Shown here: positions 39,267 through 46,685 of the stretch, one piece after another
Layout of the letters: each line of letters opens with the position of its first letter
How positions within the stretch are numbered: position 1 is the first letter of the stretch
Origin: a virus
Taxonomy: Duplodnaviria > Caudoviricetes
Direction: 5' to 3' (one strand)
Length of the DNA stretch: 64,000 nt
IMG/VR virus record: IMGVR_UViG_3300032247_000581
Coordinates: 1 to 64,000 of that record
Position numbers and translations under genes: made by a program
Notes under the pieces: generated by a model
What the model was told of the DNA's origin: nothing
The model's database searches: none
Seen by the model: the letters and a program-made list of their open reading frames with translations, nothing else

Positions 39267-39585
39267 AAAGGTTTAGAAGCAATCTTAAGTCTTCTACTGT
39301 TAAACCTGTTGCACCTAACTTGTTTAGTGCAGCCTCTAAAGGCGTTGGTTTTGCTCGGCGTTCTTGACCAGGACCTCCTGCAGCATACGGTGCAGCAGAG
39401 TCAACGAGGGATTCAATGTGGTCCTCAATCCAAGTCTGAGCATCACTGCGTGAACCCCAAGCATCACCTGAAGGCCAGTGCGGTTGCAGCATCCAAGGCT
39501 CTTCTTGACCTACATGCCAGCAACGAATTGCAAATCCATCATTGTCGTCAATTTCATAGCGAAAATCAAATGCAGATACGTCCAT
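39265..39585 (-). CDS. small fibre-associated protein (cassette A)
   Basis: QP.WP.G..W....A..W; C-terminal KL...GLTVEDLR.LL. Confidence 0.65.
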   Translation of the reverse strand: MDVSAFDFRYEIDDNDGFAIRCWHVGQEEPWMLQPHWPSGDAWGSRSDAQTWIEDHIESLVDSAAPYAAGGPGQERRAKPTPLEAALNKLGATGLTVEDLRLLLNL

Positions 39586-39603
39586 TATTTATTTTCCTTT
39601 ACT

Positions 39604-41406
39604 TTATCCATTATTAGTTGAGAACATTACAGCAGTTCCATTACTCATAGCGCCTCCGCCAATGCTTACGTTTGTTAATGAAGTTCCATTAGTTGAGTAG
39701 TACACGTTACTATTTCCACTGATACCAAATACCCAAGTTCCAGCATTATTGTAAGCCGCTGATTTGTACATTTGATTACCTCGTGTAAAATTTGGACTAC
39801 CAGTAGAGGCCCATGTACCAGATAAACCAGTTGTTGTGTAATAAGCAGGTCTGTATGTGTCTCCACCAGAGTCGTATCCTGTTGCTATATAGTTATTGCC
39901 GCTTCCAGCAATTCCAGTCATAGAAAAAGTACTACCCCAAGAAGCAGGGCCAGTTGTAGAAGTAGACATATTTGTTGTATATCTAAAACTTCCTTGATAT
40001 CCAGCAATAGTAGTTCCATTAGCCAAAGTAATACTAGATTGAAAACCTTGTAACGGCGATGTGCGTGACCACGTAACACCATCATCTGTTGATATATGGC
40101 TGTTGGCATAAGCATTATTGTTTAAAGTGTAAAAAGTGCTGCCTACAAATACAACTTTATATTGTGTATAATAAGTAGAGTCAACGCTATCTATTTGATA
40201 GTTGGTCCACGTAGTTCCGTTTGTGGAACGGGTAACGTAAGCACTTGCTGAGTCGTACTTAACTCCAACAAATGCAGTTCCATTATATGCCATGGAAGTG
40301 ATATTGTCTAAAGGCGCGGAAACTGATGACCAGGTAGCGCCATCAGCAGAATAATAATAAGCGGTAGAAGAAGGAATAACATATTTATTTGCTCCGTATG
40401 TTCCTGAAAAACCAGCAACATTGCTTGTTGTATATGCAGAGGTTGTCCAAGAAGAGCCATTATCAGAGTAAGCAATTGGAACACTATTGCCTGGACCATA
40501 CGCAACAAAACGTGCTAACTGTGGAGTTACAGAGTTAGATGCAGAGGAGGCCGTAGATGTTCCTTGTGCATTAGTAGCGGTAATTGTAAATGTATAAGCA
40601 GTTCCCGCTGTAAGTCCTGAAACAGTAATTGGGCTTGTTGCACTCGTTCCTGTAAGTGACCCAGGAGAAGATGTTGCTGTGTAGGTAGAGACTGCAGAGC
40701 CTCCAGTAGCACCCGCTGTAAAAGTAATAGATGCTGATGTAGAAGTTGGAGAAGTAGCAGTTCCTATAGTAGGAGCCTGAGGAACAGAAACTGGCGTAGT
40801 TGAAGCAGATGCACTAGAAGCAGAACTTGTGCCGTTAGTATTAGTTGCGGTTACTGTATAAGTTCTTGCGGTTCCTACTGCGTCAGAAATAGATATTGGA
40901 CTTCCAGCACCCGTCGCAGTTCCACCACCAGAAGAGGTAACTGTGTAAGTAGAGACAGATGCTCCACCTGTTGCACCAGCAGTAAATGGGACAGACACAG
41001 ATGCAGTTCCTGAGTAAGCCTGTCCTGATGCAACAGTCGGAGTTCCAATAGTAGGAGCATTAGGAACGGTAGTGGCAGTAATAGAAGAAGAAGTACCAGC
41101 AGGACCTGTTGCTGTTGTATTTGTTCCAGTAACTGCAAAGGTGTAAGAAGTAGCACTTTGCAAACCTGTAACAGTCAGAGGAGATGTTCCTGTTGCAGTA
41201 AATGAACCAGGAGTAGATGTAGCGGTAAATGAAGTAGGTGTTCCACCAGTAGCAGCCGCTGTCACAGTGACTGTCGCAGAGCCGTTGTTATAGGCACGGC
41301 TTGTGCCAACGTTTGCAGCACTTACTGTAGGCGCATCAGGAACGTCGGCAATAGGCGTGACGCCTGCCATGACGCTCTTTAATGAAACCTTGTTAGTGAT
41401 AGTCAC
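39604..41406 (-). CDS. FN3-repeat adhesin A (3 FN3 + Asp-box/BNR propeller)
   Basis: YS.DG..W, STNGTTW, STDDGVTW repeats. Confidence 0.82.
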   Translation of the reverse strand: MTITNKVSLKSVMAGVTPIADVPDAPTVSAANVGTSRAYNNGSATVTVTAAATGGTPTSFTATSTPGSFTATGTSPLTVTGLQSATSYTFAVTGTNTTATGPAGTSSSITATTVPNAPTIGTPTVASGQAYSGTASVSVPFTAGATGGASVSTYTVTSSGGGTATGAGSPISISDAVGTARTYTVTATNTNGTSSASSASASTTPVSVPQAPTIGTATSPTSTSASITFTAGATGGSAVSTYTATSSPGSLTGTSATSPITVSGLTAGTAYTFTITATNAQGTSTASSASNSVTPQLARFVAYGPGNSVPIAYSDNGSSWTTSAYTTSNVAGFSGTYGANKYVIPSSTAYYYSADGATWSSVSAPLDNITSMAYNGTAFVGVKYDSASAYVTRSTNGTTWTNYQIDSVDSTYYTQYKVVFVGSTFYTLNNNAYANSHISTDDGVTWSRTSPLQGFQSSITLANGTTIAGYQGSFRYTTNMSTSTTGPASWGSTFSMTGIAGSGNNYIATGYDSGGDTYRPAYYTTTGLSGTWASTGSPNFTRGNQMYKSAAYNNAGTWVFGISGNSNVYYSTNGTSLTNVSIGGGAMSNGTAVMFSTNNG

Positions 41407-41429
41407 TGAAGTTACCTCTAACTAGTTAA

Positions 41430-41759
41430 TTAGGAGATTTCGCTGCCAAAGAGTGAGAATGAAAGGTTTGCAGAAGAAGCATAAATGCGAACGACATCTG
41501 TTGTGGCTAATGTCAATCCTAATGTCAATGCTGTTGTATCAGAGGCAGCAACGGTGGCACCATAAACAATGTAGTGCTTAGGGTCAACTGCTGCACCCGC
41601 TGGGCTTACCGCGATACGGTAGGTAGCAGCAGAGGCTGTCTGGTTGCAGATAGTAATAGTAGAGACCACAGCTGAGGTGCTTGCACCTACTGTGTATAAA
41701 GTTGTGAGAGTAGTGGCAGCGGGGTTATTTTGCGCCAAAACTTTGTATGTTGTTGCCAT
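41430..41759 (-). CDS. small beta-rich virion adaptor-like protein
   Basis: MATTYKVL.Q..P...TTLYTV...SFSLFGSEIS; heads the adhesin array. Confidence 0.6.
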   Translation of the reverse strand: MATTYKVLAQNNPAATTLTTLYTVGASTSAVVSTITICNQTASAATYRIAVSPAGAAVDPKHYIVYGATVAASDTTALTLGLTLATTDVVRIYASSANLSFSLFGSEIS

Positions 41760-41793
41760 GGGACTCCTTCGAAGGGGATAGTGAAATTATGCC

Positions 41794-43068
41794 CTATAAC
41801 TCAGGGGTTGTAGGGGTAAAACACTCTTTGTTACGGGTAACTAACTCTGGGTTTACCCATATCTGGTCTTGCATCTTATCTCCCCATTCATGGGAAGTAT
41901 CTACCAACACAAACCCATGGGAGCGCATAAATTCAGCTATCTTTTCACCTGTTACATGCTCTGGGTGTAGTTGGATGCTTTCAGTCTCTAGGTGGAAAAT
42001 TTTTACATCTTTGAGTCTATCTCCAAAGCCTTGGAGTACTTGCCATGAGTAGCCTTCAGTATCAATCTTGACTACATCAATAGTTCCCATATCCCCTGTC
42101 TTTACTAGAAGGGTATCTAAGCGAGATGTAGGAACGGTAATCTCTTTGGTCTTTCCTTCATAAAAGGATGCTGGTGGGTCTATGGAGGTATCTTTACTAA
42201 AGATAGATGAGGTGCCTAAAACCTCTATGTTATCTGTTATTACCTGATTAAAGGTTATCTCCCCATCTGTATCAGTAATGGCGCATTGATATGCATACAT
42301 CCATGGGTAGTTAGTTTTAACAATCTCATAGCATTTAGGGTTTGCATCTACGGCTATAACTTTTGTGCCTTGTAGCTCTTTATAAAGATAGTGCGCATCA
42401 TTTCCATCTCTAGTTCCTATATCAATAACAAGAGGGGCTTTAGCGCCAAAATATTTACGATAGTTGGTTATTACTGGTTCTAGTGGGTTTATATACTCTG
42501 GAGTATCGTCAATAGTATTGAGGTTATTATGAATAGCGTTTCTATACACATAATGAATATCTTCTTTGAGTAGCTCTTTCATTATAGTAATTGAGTCATC
42601 TTTACGACCTACCCACCAACCACTGACTGCTTTTTCAAAGCGCAATCCATACTCACCTGGATAATCTACCCAAACAGGAAGTGGTCCACATTTAATGGCG
42701 CCAAATGATAATCCAACCTCTGCCATAGAGTAGGACTCTTGCCATTTTTGATTTCTTTCATACCAACGAGATAGTAAGAACCATGCTTCAGGTCTAGAAG
42801 GAAGGTATGCAATAGCCTTGAGATAAAGGTTAACTACTGTAGCCTCTCTGTTTTTCTGGCTACTAAAACAATGTGCTGATTTTAATAGAGCAGCGTATAC
42901 ATGCTCTGGGTGTGAGTAATATCCATACTCTGCGGTGCGTAAATAGAAAGAGACAGCAGATGCGGTCTGCCCAATATTTTCATACTCAGTGGCGATATTA
43001 AGGCTTAATACTGGGTTAAAAGGGTCGTTAGAGAGCGTGATAATAAGGCTATTAATACGGTTATACAT
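41794..43068 (-). CDS. TPR + FkbM-family SAM methyltransferase
   Basis: N-terminal TPR helices; VIDIGT..G, VD.NP, IDVVKIDTEG...VL.G. Confidence 0.82.
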   Translation of the reverse strand: MYNRINSLIITLSNDPFNPVLSLNIATEYENIGQTASAVSFYLRTAEYGYYSHPEHVYAALLKSAHCFSSQKNREATVVNLYLKAIAYLPSRPEAWFLLSRWYERNQKWQESYSMAEVGLSFGAIKCGPLPVWVDYPGEYGLRFEKAVSGWWVGRKDDSITIMKELLKEDIHYVYRNAIHNNLNTIDDTPEYINPLEPVITNYRKYFGAKAPLVIDIGTRDGNDAHYLYKELQGTKVIAVDANPKCYEIVKTNYPWMYAYQCAITDTDGEITFNQVITDNIEVLGTSSIFSKDTSIDPPASFYEGKTKEITVPTSRLDTLLVKTGDMGTIDVVKIDTEGYSWQVLQGFGDRLKDVKIFHLETESIQLHPEHVTGEKIAEFMRSHGFVLVDTSHEWGDKMQDQIWVNPELVTRNKECFTPTTPEL

Positions 43069-44059
43069 TAAGCGCCTCTTCAATCATTGTATTAACAACG
43101 TCTTTGGGGACCTCAAGAACAAATGCGGCGTTATCAACAAACCCAAAACTAATAAGAAGGTTTTCATTATGAACAGCAGCTCCTGCAGCAAACTCAATTT
43201 GACCATCTAAAAAAGACCAAGACTCAGGAGAGACTCCAACAAGGTTAAACTCTTTATCCCATACGCATAGACGGTGACGATAAGTGCCGTTTTTTTGCTT
43301 TAAATAATTTTTAAATAAAACAACTTCATGTGTAATAGCAAGGTAGTAATCTCCCCAGTTAACAAGTTGAGAACCGCCACGTTGGTCAGCGTTTACAACC
43401 TTACCTGGGGTAACAACAACCTGTTCACACACAGGATTATCTGGGTTAGCTTTTACTACCTCTGTAGGAGATGTCCATTTGATGTAGTGAAACTCTTTAT
43501 CAAGGACAGGCATCCAGTTTTTTTCACAATATGAATTCTCATCTATTGGAGCTGGGATACGGGTGCGCTTAACTTCTTTAGCAGTCCACTTCTTCTTATC
43601 AATTTTTAGCTCTGATAACTCCATACGGCCTTGACCGTTGGTAGTGGTATCTCTACGAACACCTGTGGCATAGTATTTTCCGCCCCATTTAACTAGGCGT
43701 GCATCTTCTTCTCCTACAAATGTCCATATAGGTTTAACATCTAATTTAGTAGTGTCAATAAGAGTGTAATTAATAATATTGTAATCTTTATCAAGGCGGC
43801 AAAAATAATTAGCAGTAACTAGGCGCTGGTCTTCTTCTGGGTGTAGATAAGATAACGGCCCCCAAATACTGGGAAAACGTTGGTCATTTTCTGAGTGATA
43901 AAGCGTATAATTTATGTGGCGCAGAATACAAAGAATATCCCCATCTTCATCTATAAAGATGGAAGGGTTCATTAAGCCAGTGCCGTTAGTAACTTCTGCA
44001 GGAATGATAAGCGGTCTTAATTTACCGCCGTTTTGCACCGATTTTTGAACCAAATTCAT
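43061..44059 (-). CDS. five-bladed beta-propeller, glycoside-hydrolase-like
   Basis: NPSI, G.EDARL, EKNWMP, RGGS, IEF..G, ISFG..D; start moved to ATG 44059. Confidence 0.7.
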   Translation of the reverse strand: MNLVQKSVQNGGKLRPLIIPAEVTNGTGLMNPSIFIDEDGDILCILRHINYTLYHSENDQRFPSIWGPLSYLHPEEDQRLVTANYFCRLDKDYNIINYTLIDTTKLDVKPIWTFVGEEDARLVKWGGKYYATGVRRDTTTNGQGRMELSELKIDKKKWTAKEVKRTRIPAPIDENSYCEKNWMPVLDKEFHYIKWTSPTEVVKANPDNPVCEQVVVTPGKVVNADQRGGSQLVNWGDYYLAITHEVVLFKNYLKQKNGTYRHRLCVWDKEFNLVGVSPESWSFLDGQIEFAAGAAVHNENLLISFGFVDNAAFVLEVPKDVVNTMIEEALNV

Positions 44060-44073
44060 AAACGAATTGTAGC

Positions 44074-46467
44074 CTACATTCCACCTAACATGAAGACAGT
44101 AGGAGTCGCGTCGGCTGCTGCTGCTGCCCATTGAGTACCAGAACCTGTAGAGGTCAATACATATCCGTTAGTACCTGCTGAACCACCTGCTGTCAGAGTT
44201 CCTGTAACAGTAAGGTTAGAGATTGTTGGGGCAGTAAGAGTCTTATTGGTGAGAGTCTGTGACGCTGTAAGAGTTGCGATAGTGTCAGAGCCGACCTTTG
44301 CTGCTCCACCAGTTGCTGTGATAGTTACATCACCTGTTGCAGTAAGGTTGAGTGGGTAGCCGCTTGTAAGAGTTACCGCTCCTGTAGTTCCGTTAACATC
44401 GATAGTATTGTTAGAACCACCAGCACCGCTTCCGCTCTGGAAGTAGACAGGACCTTTAAGTGTTGGGCTTGTACCAAATACTAGAGAACCAGAACCAGTT
44501 TCATCTGTAACCGCTGTTGTTAAGTTTGCAGATGTTGGAGTAGTTAAGAAATTTTGTACACCTGTACCTAAAGCAAATGAGAATCCGCCTTGAGTACCCT
44601 GGGTTCCCTGAGAACCTGTAGCGCCTTGAGTTCCAGTTGCACCTTGTGTGCCTGTTGTGCCCTGAGCACCTGTAGTACCTTGAGCACCAGTAGTTCCTGT
44701 GGTTCCCTGTGTACCAATAGAGCCTTGAATACCTTGTGCACCTGTTGTACCAGTAGTTCCCTGAGTTCCAGTAGAGCCTTGAGTACCTGTAGCGCCCTGT
44801 GTACCAGTAGTACCAGTGGCTCCTTGAGCTCCAGTGGTGCCTTGAGCACCGATAGTGCCTTGTGCACCAGTTGTACCCTGTGTACCAGTAGTTCCTTGTG
44901 TACCTGTTGCGCCTTGTGTACCAGTGTTTCCTTGTGTACCTGTAGAACCTTGTGTTCCTTGAGCTCCAGTGTTACCAGTAGTGCCTTGTGCACCTGTAGT
45001 GCCCTGTGCTCCTGTTGAACCAGTAGCACCTTGTGCTCCAGTCGTACCTTGTGAGCCAGTGGTACCTTGAACTCCTTGAGGACCAGTATTACCTTGAGTA
45101 CCTTGCGCACCTTGAAGACCAGTTGTAAAAAGAACTAGTTCAAGAGCAGTTCCCCCAGTAAATGAATTGCTTCCAGAACCGCCGTCACCAACGCTAGTTA
45201 CTGGAATCTTTACATAACTGTTAGAAACAACTGTAGGTGAGCCTGTAACTTGAAATGTAATGTAAGTATTTGAATCAGTTCTCTTTTGAATAATAATGTT
45301 GTCATATTGTTTTACAAGTCCCAAATAAACATCAATATCTACGTTTGAATCATTGATGTGGTCTACGTAGAGATATGTTGCAGAGGTTTGTGTTGCATTA
45401 TTAAACCTTAATTGACCACTGCCTGGTTTTGTATCTGAAGTAGTTGCATCAAGTGTGTAATTAAAGTTAGAGGTAGAACCACCAGCAGCACCAGTAGTAC
45501 CTTGTGAACCAGTATTTCCCGTAGTTCCTTGGATACCTTGTGTACCTGTTGCTCCCTGCGTACCAGTTTGACCTGTAGAGCCTTGTGCTCCAGTTGTACC
45601 TTGTGAGCCTGTGATTCCTTGAGTACCCTGGCTACCAGTAGTACCTTGTGAGCCAGTTGTACCTTGGATACCTTGTGTACCCGTAACACCTTGTGCACCT
45701 GTAGAGCCTTGTGTACCAGTGTTACCAGTTGCACCTTGAGCACCAGTGGCACCTTGTGCGCCAGTAGTTCCTTGTGAGCCAGTGGTGCCTTGTGAGCCTG
45801 TGTAGCCCTGAATACCTTGGATACCAGTTGTACCTTGAGAACCTGTTGTGCCTGTTGTTCCTTGGGTTCCAATAGTTCCTTGAATTCCCTGAGCACCAAT
45901 ATTACCTGTTGTGCCTTGCGCCCCTGTGGTTCCTTGAGCTCCTGTGGAGCCTTGTGTACCAGTAGTTCCTTGTGGGCTTTGAATACCCTGAGTTCCTTGA
46001 ACTCCCTGTGTTCCTTGTGCACCAGTACTGCCCTGTGTGCCAGTTGCACCTTGTGTACCAGTAGTGCCTTGGCGTCCTTGTACACCTTGTGTACCTTGCG
46101 CTCCTGTTGTTCCTTGAACTGTTGGAACATTAACATCAATAGTTTGGGCGCCAGAATTATATGTAAATGAGATATTTTGTAATGAACCGCTGTTTAGTGC
46201 AGTTGCTACACGTGAATTAGTAAAGTACTTATTGGTTACACCCTCTGATAAATCATCAGTTGTATTGAGAGCAGCACCAGAAATTAAATTGGCAACTGCT
46301 GCTTGGTCAACAAAATACTCTAGTGAACTCCAGTGTGTGCTGCCGCCTACTCCTACTTTAAGTTTTCCAGTGTCGGTTTCAAAACCAATTTCACCTTCAG
46401 AAAGAATAGGATTAGCAGAAGTCCATTGTGAGGATGTGCCTCTGCGAACTTGAAATTTTGTTGCCAT
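44074..46467 (-). CDS. collagen-like fibre with Mtd/hyaluronidase-type N-terminal domain
   Basis: Q.RRGT..QW..ANP.L.EGE.G.ETDTGK.K.G; two long Gly-X-Y tracts; ends FMLGGM. Confidence 0.85.
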   Translation of the reverse strand: MATKFQVRRGTSSQWTSANPILSEGEIGFETDTGKLKVGVGGSTHWSSLEYFVDQAAVANLISGAALNTTDDLSEGVTNKYFTNSRVATALNSGSLQNISFTYNSGAQTIDVNVPTVQGTTGAQGTQGVQGRQGTTGTQGATGTQGSTGAQGTQGVQGTQGIQSPQGTTGTQGSTGAQGTTGAQGTTGNIGAQGIQGTIGTQGTTGTTGSQGTTGIQGIQGYTGSQGTTGSQGTTGAQGATGAQGATGNTGTQGSTGAQGVTGTQGIQGTTGSQGTTGSQGTQGITGSQGTTGAQGSTGQTGTQGATGTQGIQGTTGNTGSQGTTGAAGGSTSNFNYTLDATTSDTKPGSGQLRFNNATQTSATYLYVDHINDSNVDIDVYLGLVKQYDNIIIQKRTDSNTYITFQVTGSPTVVSNSYVKIPVTSVGDGGSGSNSFTGGTALELVLFTTGLQGAQGTQGNTGPQGVQGTTGSQGTTGAQGATGSTGAQGTTGAQGTTGNTGAQGTQGSTGTQGNTGTQGATGTQGTTGTQGTTGAQGTIGAQGTTGAQGATGTTGTQGATGTQGSTGTQGTTGTTGAQGIQGSIGTQGTTGTTGAQGTTGAQGTTGTQGATGTQGATGSQGTQGTQGGFSFALGTGVQNFLTTPTSANLTTAVTDETGSGSLVFGTSPTLKGPVYFQSGSGAGGSNNTIDVNGTTGAVTLTSGYPLNLTATGDVTITATGGAAKVGSDTIATLTASQTLTNKTLTAPTISNLTVTGTLTAGGSAGTNGYVLTSTGSGTQWAAAAADATPTVFMLGGM
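44588..46115 (-). repeat. Gly-X-Y coding tandem repeats (two tracts, approximate bounds)
   Basis: 9/18-nt periodicity encoding QGTTG(A/S/T). Confidence 0.85.
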
Positions 46468-46682
46468 TATGGAGTTCCTCCACTCATTTCCGTAATACCG
46501 CCGTAATTAGATGTTGGGGTACCACCATCAATATTTCCGTTAGGTATCGCTGTCCAATTACTACCTGTATAAACAAGAACTGATACATCTGAAGTATTAA
46601 AGTATACATCGCCAGCGTACCGACCAGCGGGTTGGACTCCGCTAGCCAGTACGTTAACTGGGACTAATGACTTTTTACTCAT
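46467..46682 (-). CDS. small virion fibre-associated protein
   Basis: GDVYFNT....VY.G.NW, IDGG motifs; TAATG coupling. Confidence 0.65.
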   Translation of the reverse strand: MSKKSLVPVNVLASGVQPAGRYAGDVYFNTSDVSVLVYTGSNWTAIPNGNIDGGTPTSNYGGITEMSGGTP

Positions 46683-46685
46683 CTG

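Noticed and set aside
31339-41406. Diversity-generating retroelement or invertase shufflon
   Set aside because: No reverse transcriptase, no TR/VR pair differing at adenines, no site-specific recombinase; all cassettes and repeats are in direct orientation
43068-43076. Extra copy of the cassette repeat (TTAAGCGCC)
   Set aside because: Only 9 nt match, inside a gene overlap, without the rest of the motif
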